A stretch of 64,000 nt of DNA from Klebsormidium nitens (Eukaryota > Plantae > Klebsormidiophyceae): positions 70,931 to 134,930 of the forward strand of contig DF237175.1 in the NCBI GenBank assembly GCA_000708835.1, given 5' to 3'. Shown here piece after piece: positions 12,296 to 25,506 of the stretch (position 1 is the first letter of the stretch; every line of letters starts with the position of its first letter). The notes beneath the pieces were generated by a model. The model had not been told where the DNA came from. It saw only the letters and a program-made list of their open reading frames with translations, and did no database searches. Position numbers and translations under genes: made by a program.

Positions 12296-15200
12296 ATTCT
12301 GTGCATGAGCGTACTGGGCAACGAGGCCGTCGTCGGCTCCTCGGACCACGCTGTGTACACGGTGGATTTGGACACCGGACGAAAGAAACGGACGCTGTAT
12401 GGCAAGACTGCCGGCCACACGGAGTGGGTCACCTGCGTCACGCACCTGCCGGATGGGCGTATCCTCAGGTGAGCGTCCGCGAAGAGCGGGTTCAAGCAAG
12501 ACCAGCAAACTCCGAAATCCAGCCTGGGGACTGTATGAAACGAGTGACGATGTGGCGAGGTTCGGGGATTTTCGGGGCCCTTCTCGAATACCTTGGACCA
12601 CGTGCAGATTGCCCAGGCTTTTGCACGTAAGAAACTCGCCCCGTCATCACTTTCAGCGTTGCTCAATTCCGAATTCAAATCCCCTGTCTCTCTTCGACCC
12701 CGCTCGTGAAGGTCCAGGTACGAACACTTTGCTCGAAGCCTGTGCGTGTTAAATGCAATGGGCGGTCTGCAGGTACAATGGCTTTGGGATTGGCTTACAT
12801 TGCACGGACATAGTCCCATTCTCTCGACATTTCTAGATCAATCTCACCTTCCGAGGCTCTTAGCCGAAGCGATTGTTTTCGGCAACACGATGGCGTTGCT
12901 CGGTCAGATCAAAAAGAAGCCTTTGCAAACTCAACGGGGGTGGATATGGCGAGATTAACGGAGCTCTTCGAAGTGCAATCTTGGGATGTCAGCGCTTGCG
13001 AAGAACCGGAAAGTCTCTGGAGTTGCTGTCCATCGTCTCGGGGCACGACGCTTGCTGCTTCCGGGCAGGAACCAGAGGCAGAGGTGTAACAATGCAAGCA
13101 CGCTGCGTCAAAGCCTTAAGTAGCGAAGTAATCCTCCTTTTCTGCAGTGGCGGCATGGACAACCGCCTTCTGCTCTGGTCGTCATCAAGCGTGACGCACT
13201 GCGAACTCCCTGGCCACACAGCGTCGATCTCAGCCGTTCAGTGCTCATCGGACGGCAGCCTCGCGGTCTCCTCTTCTTACGACAAGACGCTCCGGGTTTG
13301 GGCGCTGCCCGGAGCTGACGCTCGCGGCGTGGGGCGGGGCAAGGGTTCAGGGTTTAAGGGTACTGCCACGTGTCTCGTGGGACACGTGGCGCCCGTTTTG
13401 GACTTCGCGTGGACGGCCGGGAAGGTCGTCAGCGGGGCGCGGGACGGGTGCGTCATTTTGTGGGTGAGGTGCTGGAGATGCTCCGCTTATCTTCTTCGTT
13501 TCCTCCTTTCGTCTGATTCGTATCCTCGTCTTCAAATTTTCCCTTTACTGCTTCTGTTTTCTTGGAATGAGTTTTGTTCGAAGGGACGAGGAATAGCATC
13601 AGAAGTGGAGGGGATTTGTCGCTGCGCACAAAAGGTATATCAAGCCTTTCTGTCGGAATATCGCGTCCTTTGTTCGTTACGAAACAGATATTGGACATGG
13701 GTTTTCTGGGCTTTCAAATGCCTTTGAGATCACACCTGTCCGGGTAAAGGTCGTAAGCAACTGATACAAGCCGTCCCCAACTCAGGTGCGGAGCGTGTTA
13801 AACCTTGGGTTTACGCTTTCAATAACCGTTGTTGTTACCCTTCATGGCGCTTAACCTTCATGAAACCAATAGTTAACCCTGTTTCCTGACAGGACATCGG
13901 AGCAGCGGCTTCGTCCCGACAGCTGAAGCGCGCCCACGTGGGCCACGTGACGGCCCTCGTCTGGTCGGACGCCGGGGGCAGTCCGCAGTCCGAAGAGCGT
14001 ACGAATCTCTTTTTGACCGGCGGCCAAGACGGCTTCCTTAGGGCGTGGGACGGCCGCACGGACCGGGCAGTCGCTGAGGTGCCGGTACACGTGGCAGCCA
14101 GCGGGACCGGTGAGAATTCGTTGCGCCTTTGCTAAGATCGATTGTCGCAGCCGTCCAAACTTTGGTGTATGAGTTACCGAGTTGCGGTGTTGAATTTGCA
14201 GTGCAAGGTACGGCTTTCTAACCACGTCGCTCGCTACATCGCTAGCGCCGAGAACTCAACACAACAGATAAGCAAAGATCAGTGGATTCAGTCCATGAAC
14301 CGCTTCATGCAATCTGCAATTCCAAAACTTAATCTCATCTAACGAGTCATTCGGGCCATCTCAATTGGGAGCCAGGTTAGAGCTGGCAAGTGTTGCAGGA
14401 CCAAGGGTTGTATGCCAAAGCAAACGTTCGTCGAGGAATGCCTTCGGAAGGAGAGTCATGTCTCGGCTTCCTTTGCGCCAGACGGTTGTCATTCTGCAAC
14501 GTCGTCAGCGTTTCCGCCGCGGTCGGAATAAAAGCATGGAGAGGGAACGAGATAGATCCATCGAGGGACTGACGCTATTACGATCCTGTTCACAACGTGC
14601 GCTCGGGGGGTCATGGCAATTCATTCATTGATTGCGTCCATTCAGAACGACCCATTCAATCAGATTAGGGTTTTAACTTGTCAGTATCTCCTCCAGTAGA
14701 TAAATGAACGAAGATTAAAGGCGGCCGTATCACGTGACGTGGCCGTCAGCCGCAGTCATATAGACCTCCTCAACTTTGACTTCACTGACGTCATTCCGAC
14801 CTCAACCAGTTTTTCAGTCAGAAAGCCGTCATCTTCGCAAGCCGTTCCGCTGACCTCGTCCTCTCCCGCTCCTCAGGCGCCGTCAGCAGCATCCGCGTGG
14901 CTGCTGACGTCATCGTGACGGCCGGGGCGGACGGGATGGTGCGCGTGCTGGACCCCCGGGCGTCCTTCCGTGTGCGGAACTCCTTGACGGGCCCCGGGGG
15001 CTTCCTCTACTCGCTCCACGTGGCAGGCCGGACGGCGTTCAGGTACGCCGCCTGAACGTGTTTTGCAGAAAAGAAATCAAGAGTCCAGACGACTATTTTC
15101 GGCTCTGTTTCCGTTACAATTTTTTTAAAGTCCTGGTGCTGCTCGCAACGATTGCGTACCTGCTTGAGATTCTGAAGCATACAAGTCAAACAGCTTCCCT

Positions 15201-15636
15201 TTCATCAACAAGGAAGTCTTTCTCGAGTAACGGCTGCTGAACGGCGTTCCATCGGTCTGGTAAGTCTGGGTTGTTCAAGACAGTGTTGGTGACGGAACTA
15301 TCAAGATTGATGCACAAACTTCTCAAAAAGCAATCTGCGCCCCTTTCATGGTGCCATTCTCCTCGTGCAGTTAGCTATGGCTGCTTTCGTACAGAATTCT
15401 CTGTCCTTACAAACTCGCCGTCGATATTCCTCCTGGCTGAGCTTGGACCTATCGTCTATTGCCATTTTCGCAGTGGCGGGGGCGACGGTTCAGTTTTGGT
15501 CCACGACATCCTGGATGGCCGGACACTTTACGGGCTGGGGGCGATCAACAACGGAGCAGTGCGGTGCATAGACACAGGTGACAGTAAGCTTGTTTGCGCG
15601 GGTGATGATGGCACCCTCATCACATACTGCTACTGA
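12296..15636 (+). CDS. WD40-repeat protein (at least 5 exons)
   Basis: GT-AG bounded exons encode GHTEWVTCVTHLPDGRILS|GGMDNRLLLW, GHTASISAVQCSSDGSLAVSSSYDKTLRVW, GHVAPVLDFAWTAGKVVSGARDGCVILW, GHVTALVW...LTGGQDGFLRAWD, VTAGADGMVRVLD and SGGGDGSVLVHD...CAGDDGTLITYCY*. Confidence 0.85.
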
Positions 15637-16690
15637 CTGGGTGGGCTAGTTGTATTTTAGCGGCGGAAATAGGAACGAAAGCCCCTTGTAACATTTGTTG
15701 TACAGTAATGTTGACTGCTGGTTGCACCACCCCGCGACGTATTCGAACAACGAGTACCTGCAACTGGGATGCACTGACAGAAAACGCAACATGAAAAGCT
15801 CAGACTTTGTTCTGCCGTCAAGCTCTGACGACCGAAAGGAAGTCGCAATGAGATGCACCATGTAGGATAGAGGACAGACTGTTAGTATCATCCTGGATGC
15901 ATGACCGTCCGACGGGTACCGTCTCTACGTGCCGCATCTACATTCTGACCACTAGCTACATTCATGCTCAGTCGGAGCTAGTGCGCAGCAGCACGCATGC
16001 CTATACAGATGCGCAAATCATGAGCAAGTACACTGCAAGTTGCGCCAACTTGCCGGGCTATAGGAACCGTCGTTGCTCTATAGTAGCTAGCCGTTCAGTG
16101 TGTGTGCATATATATGCGGATGTCATCGACAGCCGGTCGCCATGACGGCCGGCGCAGCATGGTCGATACATGAATTTGCAATAAGAATGCTGGCGCTGAG
16201 TCAAATGGATAAAACAAGCAATCCTTGAGCTTCCCCAGTGCAGTTGGCAGCGCCACATGTGAGCACATGCAAACCGAAGTACCATCTGAATACCACGAGA
16301 TTGTACCGATCATAGTACCTACGCAAAGCCAGACACATGGACACGATGCAGGTTGCAACTTTTTGCCTATATGTTGAACCTTTGATTAACCTGGGCATGT
16401 AAAGTAGTTGAGCTTCCTGACATATGGACATGAAACGTGCACCCTAAGCACATTCTCCCTAAAGTGATTGACAAAGCCTATCAGAGCCTGCTACTAAAAC
16501 CTCCTAAAAACATAAGCTTTTCAAAGGTGCTCTTCACAGCAGCCTGACTGGGCGTGCTGAATAAGCACGCACAACCTGACGATAAACCCCTACCTCCCCT
16601 CCCCCCAATATCCAGAGTCTCTTCTTATGATACAAGTAGCTCCGCTGAGCTGCCGCAGCAAGACACACGCAGAGTTTCTATCCCCGAGTG

Positions 16691-18804
16691 TCAGGACAAT
16701 ATGAACTTCTCCCGCCCAGTAATCTGCATCCGACATATCGGACAGATCTCGACCTGCACGAAGAGAAAGTGACGTCAGTTACAGGGTGCTGGATTGAATC
16801 TGCATGACTCTGCAAGGTCCGCACTGTGCACTTGAAAGCAGCAAGCGCATGAATCGCCGAAAGAAGCCAAAAGCAATCGCAACATGATTTGGGGAACTCG
16901 GCACTCCATTGCTGGACGATTGGACCGCGGGACTGTCAAAACCCCGCCAAAGCATTATTTGAAAATGTTTACGGCAGGCGGAAAGACTTGTGTAACACTA
17001 CTTTAGGCCCTCCTTACCAGATCACTACAGGTGCCACAAAGGCAGGCATGCCGGCAGGGCTTCAGGAGAACCCGAATCTGCGAGGCAAGAGTCATAAGCT
17101 ATCAGAATGAAGCCACACAATGCAATGTATCACTGTCCAGCAACAGCCAAGTTGTATTTTGCTCCTTTGTGTGCTTTAGAAGCGGAAGGTCTCCATTAGT
17201 CATGTCAAACTCAACACAAAAGAGCAAACATTCATGAGCCTCGGAATGCGTAGGAGGAGAAAGGTTGCGTCAACAGAACACTCTGGCCCAGACTGGTACA
17301 TCGAGCAAAAGACTTTTTACTGCATGGACCAAACGGGCAAGGTATAAGGGAGCGGTCGCAGACATAGTTCCCACCTCCTGATCCAAACAGATCCTGCACA
17401 CCCAAGCAGCTTTCCGCTCCTGCACGAACAGAAACTTGGCCATCAACAGCCGACAAAGAATGCACTGGGCGAAACAAAAGATTCTCAAGTGCAGGGTGCC
17501 TGGAAGACCTGTGTGTAGAGAGGGCTGCAGGGGCAGAGGAATTGGCGCCTCAATGACACAATTAGCATCTCCAGGGTTAAGTAGGGGACAGATTGACACT
17601 CCCGACTGTGCTGCTTACAGAAGCCGCCTGTCAAGTGCCACTGTACAAGTGGAGCACAGGAAAGTTCTGACGGCTGCTCACTTTCGTCTTTATACACGTG
17701 TTCATTGCTAGCTGCAGCAGGGTGGTCGTCTCCTCCAGCATTTCCACGCTCATCTCCCTCCCTTCTGTTGCCACGAACTTGGCAAGTGCTAATTGAAGCG
17801 GATGATCAATCTTCTGCAGCAAAAAGGTTTGAGTTTCACAATCGCTGACTCTGGCAACTGATGATGCCGGTCACTCCTGCCATCAAATCAAGAGGCTTGC
17901 ATCCAATTGGTTCAACATCAGGGTCTAACATTAGGGTTTGCCCTTACGAGAAGACCCCATACACTGCTGCTGCCGGGTGGCCACATTATAGAATGCGATT
18001 GCGTCCCCTCCCTTTTAAGAAACAACATGCAAAATATGATCGCATTCTTAGCTGCAAAGTTTGAGCTAGTTCAAGCCTCTGCCCTTGCTATGAGAGGCTA
18101 AGTGGTGGCAGGATAGGACATCGTGCGCGTTTCCGTTTTCTTTAGAGCATCAACAAGCTGCACATACGTTTCAGCTTTCATTTTATCAATCGGGCTCACA
18201 GCATCAGTGAAAGTAAGCCACTAACCTCGGACTGAGCTTCCACCTTTGACTTGCTGTTTCCCATGCTAACGACCGGCTCTACTAGCCCGAAGACGAAACC
18301 CCCCAGTAGCCCCCCACAGTAGCCAATCCCGCTAAGTATTGCTCCCAGGCCCTGAGTAACAGGAGCCACCGCTTGTATCGCTATGGCTGCGAGGGGTGCG
18401 AGGGAGGGGCCGGAGACACTGTCCTCCGCAGGCAGCCCCTCCTGCCTGACCACCCCTACGTGCCTCAGCCCCTGTTCTGGAACGTTCTCCGTGGTGCTTG
18501 GTCTACGTCTTCCTTCTGGTGCAACGGTGCATCCGAGCCGCAACCTTATCCACCCTGCAAGAGACTGGGACGTACAAGAGCCGAGCCAGGCGAGGGTGAC
18601 GAGGAGATCGCAGGCAAAGAGCCAGGGAAGAGTGGCTAGCTTCAAAATGAAGTTGCGACTGTTCAGCAGGGCAAGGGAAACTATCAGAACTTGCAGAGGG
18701 ATGACTGGGAGGAGAAACAGGGCCGCTAAACCCAACAGGCCGGCTTCTGGCAGGAAGCGGAAACCTAACGAATCTAAGCGGAGGGAGAACGCCGCTGTCG
18801 GCAT
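16691..18804 (-). CDS. RING-HC (C3HC4, IAP/Mdm2-type) E3 ubiquitin ligase; not visible in the ORF track because the RING is split over three micro-exons
   Basis: Phase-0 exons 17813-17682, 17419-17375 (ERKAAWVCRICLDQE), 17077-17018 (IRVLLKPCRHACLCGTCSDL) and 16753-16691 (VEICPICRMQITGREKFILS*), all with canonical AG/GT. An upstream exon ends at 18226. The true start is unresolved. Confidence 0.8.
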
Positions 18805-19107
18805 GGAGCCACACCCTCACTCGCCCATGCCGCCCAGACAAGCCCTGGAGATTGCAGCCAGCCAATTCTCCGTCCCCAGGTACTCCTAATACCAACTATG
18901 TAAAGCTGAAGATTCCGCCGCCAGCGTCAATGCATCATCGCGCAATGGCGCCTGTGTTTAACTTATAGAATCTGGGCAGGCGCTGCTCTTGCCGGTGCAG
19001 GCGCCTGTCTGTGCATGCTACACAAGGGGTGAGCGACCAGTTGTCGTACACGAGAACCCCCTCTGGGATCGAATCCATGGCCATGTTCCAGGCCCTGGTC
19101 GATCATA

Positions 19108-19847
19108 CAACGATCACACATGCCGGAAAAACGATCACACTTCCGGCCGGCGATTTTCGCCAGTTCTGGCCATTCTGGCCGTCGACGGCGGCCAGAAAAT
19201 TTCTGCCATACTTTTGTCGGTCGGCCACGGCCGGCGACGGTCGGTACTGCCGTCAATGTCGAGGAAGCCTACGTGGCAAACATGTTCCCCCGGGGCAAAA
19301 CCTTGCCGTCGCGGCGTGTGTTTTACGGACATCATCATCAGGCTGAAAAGCATATGTGAATCTCATATAGGTGTTTATAAACACAAAACACAGAGTATAC
19401 GGATATGGGACGGATATAAAAAAATGACCGGTGTTCAAACTTCAGATAAGATGAGTTGACATGATCACGGGGAACATGGGCATCATAGACCTGTCAGGAC
19501 TTGGGTTATGAGTCTTGGATTCAATCTCCCGGGAATACAGACCTGTTAGGTGGTAATAAGCTGTGACACATATTCGGAAAGATAGATTTACCTTTGGGCA
19601 TACCATAAGCACGGAGTCTTCATGCACTCTGGCAGGTTATATCAAGCAAAGTTGCTCGGTTCCTGGAAGACTTTCCTTGTTTGGCGGTCATCGGACGTCC
19701 CAGATTTGACCTTCGCCAAAACAGCTCGACGGCTGTACCGACCAGAAGTTGACGGTCGCTATGTGTGATCGACCCGACTGCAGCCGGCCAAATAGCCGTC
19801 GAAATCTGTCACCGGCCGGAAAAGTTCGCTTTCATGTGTGATCGCTG
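19108..19847. mobile_element. Non-autonomous Tc1/mariner-like DNA transposon (MITE), 740 bp
   Basis: TA|CAACGATCACACATG ... CATGTGTGATCGCTG|TA: 15-bp TIR with 1 mismatch, TA on both flanks (19106-07, 19848-49). Subterminal CGATCACAC and CCGGCCGG repeats occur at both ends. No transposase ORF. Confidence 0.75.
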
Positions 19848-20243
19848 TATCATGAGGAGGTTCAGCTAGCACGAAGCTAGATCTCATTCCTGGAAATGTA
19901 CGTTCTTAAAATACATATATCCCGTAAGTTTATCTCTTTATACGTGGACGTTTATGGTGGCCCCGGTTCCTTACAACGCTTCTTCCGGCTGCTATTCGTT
20001 AATCACAAGTAGCCTCGGAGCAGGCCCCCGGGCTTAGAAGAACGCTATAAGCTTGTGATCTGGAAACAGCCCACTACACCCCGAACGGTGCTAGCAAGCT
20101 GCAAACCACTTCGAAAGTTCAACATTTCAATTTCAGTCTCACAGACTGCCAAGGAGTTCAAGGAGAAGCAAGAAGTGGAGGCGCCTGGGAGGCCAAGTGC
20201 ATTCTCAGCTGCGTGTTTTCTGTTGGAACATCTGCTTAAGATA

Positions 20244-23200
20244 ATGTATCCGTACAGGAGCGATGGGTATGGCTATGGTTCTGCTGCGTCAAGCCGGAGC
20301 TATCAGCAGCAGGCACCCCGTGCGGCAAGCTCCATTGCCAGTCAGTCACTTGATGACGACCTTCCCATGTATGTCTTGAGGGAGGATACTCTGCAGTCCA
20401 GGTACGCTGTTCCAAGCGACAGGTTGCAGGCGCAGTATTATGCCGGGAGCGGAGCGGGGCACTATGACGAGAGCACTCTTCGCGCAGCGTCGCAGAGGTA
20501 CTACGATGAAGGTAGGGGAATTTTCTGGCTTGTTTTAAGCTCGAGTAAACAGAAGGCCGATGCCCGGATGCGGAATGCATTGCAAGGTCGCTCCTTTTGT
20601 ATGTTGAAGCCACGTGTGTTGTGGTTCAAAGAGGAAAGCATGTTTATCTGACAACAGTAGTCAACTTGCTACAACTCTTCTATATGGACATTTGCAGAGA
20701 TTGTCAAGAGTGGTGCATCGAACATACCGTAAGGTAGCTATTGCACCAAAAAGCTACTTGCTGTGCTGCTACTTTCAACGTCGATAATGTCAATGTACCA
20801 GTATGTAAACTGAGATTCATCATGAGCAAATATTGAGGCTTCTGATAAGCTCTGTGACAAGCGTTGGGGCAAACGGTTTGCCTGTCAGACGAAAGCTCTT
20901 GAAAAATACTATCCTACTGTACAAAGACGTTGTATACTGGACTAATCAGTTGTCTCGTTCGTCCACCTACCTCTCTCGATGGCTTCATTGGTATCCATCC
21001 TATCCACTACGGCTGCTTCCATACGATATTACTGGTGACACCTACTACCCTACTACTGCTTTCCTTTTGTTGCTGCATCAAACTCTACTTATTACTACTA
21101 CAAGTTGCTGTTCTCCACAATCTTACCGGCAATTTTGAATGCTGCTTATACCCTCGATGCATTTTTTGTTGCTTGATATCTTGTGATCCCCGCTATGCTC
21201 TGCTGCCTACTCTTTCTTCTGGACGCCAATCGTACTTCACTGTTGCTTCGTCCTGCTGCTTAATGGCTTTCTAACCCTCCCCAACTGACAAGCATCTCTT
21301 TTGACTTGCAGTGATCCAGGCTCCAAGCGCCTGCGCACAACGTACCCCGAGACCTATCAGGATCCACGGTCTGCTCGCTACCAGGCTCATGCTGCCCCTA
21401 CAGGAGGGTACCCTCAGCGGCCAGGAGAGCAGAAGTGCTCATTCTATATGAGGACTGGCAAGTGCAGCTATGGATCTGACTGCAAGTTCGATCACCCGGC
21501 TTGGGTGCCTCCCGAAGGCATCCCAGGATGGAAAGAGGTAAGGACATTGGTTCTGCGGTTTGGCTTGTTCTCAGGTGGCTTATTTCAGGAAGGTTGGATG
21601 TCTCTTGCTTCTTGCTGCACTTGAAGGCTAGTTGTGTGGAGGTCAATTTAGTCTTTCCGCCCATGATAGACTGAATAGCTTCTATTAGCAGGTTTCCAGT
21701 TGACATAATCACGGGCTTGCCAATCCCAAAGGCTGCTCCTTTTACCGGGGGGACTTTTATGTCTGTGGTGTTGTTACCTACTGCTTCTCAAGAATTGCAT
21801 CTTTGCTTACTGAAGTCTGGTGGAATTTGTCCAGGAGGAAGGCGAGTTTCCGCAGAGGCCCGGCCAGCCTCACTGCGCTGTAAGTGCGGCCGATCGTAGA
21901 GCTCTTCTTTTTGCATTCGTTTTCATCTCAGACTACTCTCCCTGAAAGCAACGTCCAACGTCAATGGTTCAAAGGCACTAGCCTGCCGTTGCTATCACAT
22001 CATTGGATGGTTAACCTATTCCCATTTGTATACCTCATACTTTTGGATGCGCACTTCACGTGAATGCTTGTCTACCATGTTGCAACTGCTATGAAAGTTT
22101 TTGTCACCCACTGCAGTCATACCGGAAGTACTTAACCGTTCTCTTGACCATGCTTACATGCTCAAAAACTTTCTCTTCTGTGCAGTACTTCCTGAAGAAT
22201 GGCACGTGCAAGTTTGGGTCTACATGCAAGTTCGACCACCCTGGGGCCAAGCCCTTTGCAGGGCGCTCTGTTGCAGCGGCCCCCGTGGAGCGGTTGGGGC
22301 TGCGCTCTGACGTGTTTGGCACCACTGCTCCGATGAACTCGAAGGGCCTGCCCCTGCGACCGGTGAGCGTTTCCGCAGGAGTCTTGTTGTGGACTGTACA
22401 GAGTTCATGCATTCCCGTCTGAAAGTATTCCAGATAGTGAAACTTCAAAACGACTCTCGATATGGGCTGTACGGAGTCCTTACATTCTTGTAAGAGTGTT
22501 TGCAAGAGTGTTTCAAAAGTTGAAGTTGAGCATTGTGGCGTCCTCATCAGAGGCAAGGAAGATATTAACCTGGACAAAGGCAGGCCCGAGCCTACTCAAC
22601 CTGGTCCAAAAAATCTAAATGACGCAGACAAGCATCCGGCCCTTGTCCTTTGAACCTCTGAGCAATTCGCTGCTGCTTTCTTGTTTCAAGGGCAAATGAT
22701 GATTTACATCTTTCAGGACATGTATTTCTGAGGAGCAACTTGTCACCAAGCGTCTAGCCGGTCTGCTGACCGGTGCTTCGTTACACCTGTCTCCAGTCGG
22801 AGCCCTTGTGCCAGTTCTTCAGGAAGACCGGAGACTGCAAGTACGGCGTGCTCTGCAAGTTCGATCACCCGGAGCCAGGTCAGCCGCCCGGCACAAGTCG
22901 CCCACTTTTCGCATGAGTTTTTCCTGTTTGCATACGACATCCCCAGTATCCCTGCCTGTGCTTGTCTGAAGGCTTCGCATACACGAGCTTCGGGTTGGTC
23001 GTGGATTCGCGTGCCAGGAAGTAAAATTCGTTCTCATGTGTCCGCTCTTGATCCTGCAGGAAGCTCAAAGAGGAAGCGGGCCTCAGACGATGTAAGTCTA
23101 GCTTTCTGTGTACATTTTTTTCGGTGACTGGTTGCGTTTCTGTAGTGCTCTTTGTTCGCCTCAGGCATACTTGCTTTTGAGGTAGGTACTAGGCTTGCTC

Positions 23201-25506
23201 TGACGAAATCATGAATCAGAAAGAGCAAGTTCGTGTGTTTCCCTTTCGTCCGTTTTGTCCGTTGATTCGGTGAGTACCAGTGGCAAGTGGTCAATGTAGA
23301 CACTGGTAACCGATTGCTCTTTTTGCCCCTTCTAAGTATCGCCGCTATTCGGTCGGGTCAAATAAGCATGGTTGACCGACATTCCAGATTGTCTCTTGGC
23401 AGTTCGATCTTTCTCAAAGTTTCGGTTCCGGTTGCCTACAGGATCTTCAGGACGTGCCCCTCTATGCGGTTCTCCCTGGGTCCTCATACGCAGGCAACGC
23501 CGCCCCTCCGGCCCGGGCGGTGGCTCTGCCCCAGCGACCGGGTCAACCAGAGTGCGCTGTGAGTACTAAGATTCCATCATTGACATGGCTTCCGTGGCAT
23601 GCCCTGGATCATGACACGGTTACTGGCGTACTCTATAAAGATGCTGTTTAGACGCTTCTCTTCTCAGGGTCCTTGGTGTGTAAGGAGCGGGGCTAACTTG
23701 GCATCACCTATTCCTCCTTCTGCCGTCTGCGCAATGCTCCTTCGAATTCGCTCCGCAGCTCTGCAACATTCATTAATTATGGGCCACGTCCACTCCGACT
23801 TCGCCACTCGCTGTTTCTGCGAGAGAAGTGGTTTGCCTGGCATCCCCATAGCGAGTTGTTATATCTTGGTGCTTCCTTTTCAGACAGCCCCTCCCTGCAG
23901 CTAGGCTGTGTCCTTCTTCCTTGAATTAGACTTATTCTGCTCTCATAGTGCAGAGACAGGGAACCCAAGATCGACAGCGATAAAGAGGTTCGGACACGAG
24001 GAAATGCATCCTTCTCCAGGACAAGCCGGAAGCACTTCGAGAGCAAGAGAGATTGGCTAACACGAAACCGTGAAAAGAGAGCTCTTTCTCGTCTATGCAG
24101 TACTACATACGGACCGGTACCTGTCAGTACGGCGCCACCTGCAAATACAACCATCCGCTTCCTCTGTCCAAGAGGACCGAACAAACCAAAGCGAAGCCTG
24201 CCAAGGCCAGCCCCCCAGCGGCAGGGTTGACGCCTGCAGGCCTGCCCAGGAGGCCCGTACGTACCGCGTCGAATTGTGTCTTTGTTTTCAGCCGTTAAGG
24301 TGCAAGTGTGCATGCGCACCGGTTCCAAGAATGAGAGATATGGCGTCTTATCGAGTCTGCCAGTCTTGCCCGTACCGCTCAAAGAGCGCCTATTGACAGC
24401 GATTGGCTCATTGCGTTCCCTTGCCCTGCTTGAAGATGTCGTCCAGCGAAAGGTCCTCCTTCGGTGTTGACTTGATGGCTGTACTGTCGATTGTATGCAA
24501 CGCCTTTGTCCTTTTCATAAATCGGACGTCAGGTAAAGCTTTGCCTTCCGACAGTTCTCGATAGATTTACACCGAAAATTCTGACTTGAGAAATATTGGA
24601 CCCTCTTTCTCTTCCTAAAAGCTGACATGACTGGCTTCCCGTGTGCAGGGCGCGACTCTGTGCGCGTACTACATGAAGACGGGCCTCTGCAAGTACGCCC
24701 CCGACTGCAAATTCGACCACCCGCCCCCCGGCGAGGCGGCCAAGATGGCCTACCGCGCAGCCGCAGCCGAGAAGGCGGCGCCACCCGCCGCGGGAAGCGC
24801 CGGGGGCGTCCCGAGCAAGGACCAAAAGGTGGAGGAGCAATCGGCTGCTCAAACCGTGGAAAATGTCGCAGTGGGGAACACGGACGGACAAGGGGAGGCG
24901 GTTAGAATCGAAGAAAAGGCTCCGGAGGAAGCAGAAAAGGAGGGCCTTGCGGAGCAGGAAGGCGGAGGGTTTGAGGGCGAAGCTTGGAGCCCCGAGGCGG
25001 GCGTTGAGACGGAGGCGGAGGAGGGTGCGGACGTCGTCGGAGGGGAGCATGTCTCGGAGGGTGCCGTCGAGGGGAACGCGGGAGCGGAGCAGGAGGCCGG
25101 TGCGGCTGAAGGTGAGACACCGGCTGAAGCAGCAGAACAGGGTCCGGTTGAAACGGCGCCGACCGAAGCAGCAGAACAGGGTCCAGTTGAAACGGCGCTG
25201 ACTGAAGACGCGGAGAAAGAGGCAGTGCTTCCTAGTCAGGCGGAGGTTGAGCAAGCGATTGAGAACGAGGCGATGCAAGCTGATGAGGCGGAGGTTGCGC
25301 AAGCGGCGGTCCCTGCCGAGGGGCCAGGAACGGTCGAGCAAGAGGAGCAGGCAGGGGGGGAAAACGATGGAGACGAACTTGATTTCGTTGACGCTGAGGG
25401 GCTGGAAAACGAAGATGCGGAGGGGTACGAAGGAGGTTTGGAACATGAGTCCATGCTTGAAGGCGGCGTGGATCTGAACGCGGAACCTACTGACGAAGTT
25501 GAATAA
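20244..25506 (+). CDS. HUA1: HUA1-like tandem CCCH zinc-finger RNA-binding protein with a long acidic C-terminal tail
   Basis: Five C-x8-C-x5-C-x3-H fingers across exons, each preceded by P(Q/L/R)RPG linkers. [16 protein letters not shown]|[15 protein letters not shown] matches the HUA1 linker as I recall it. ATG 20244, stop 25506. Confidence 0.75.
25126..25200 (+). repeat. 39-bp in-frame coding tandem repeat ([11 protein letters not shown] x2)
   Basis: gaagcagcagaacagggtcc(g/a)gttgaaacggcgc at 25126 and 25165. Confidence 0.85.

Noticed and set aside
4530-17940. Scattered TTAGGG(TTT) motifs (~4535, ~9837, ~14664, ~17932)
   Set aside because: These are isolated single units, not a telomeric array. 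At most they are telo-boxes.
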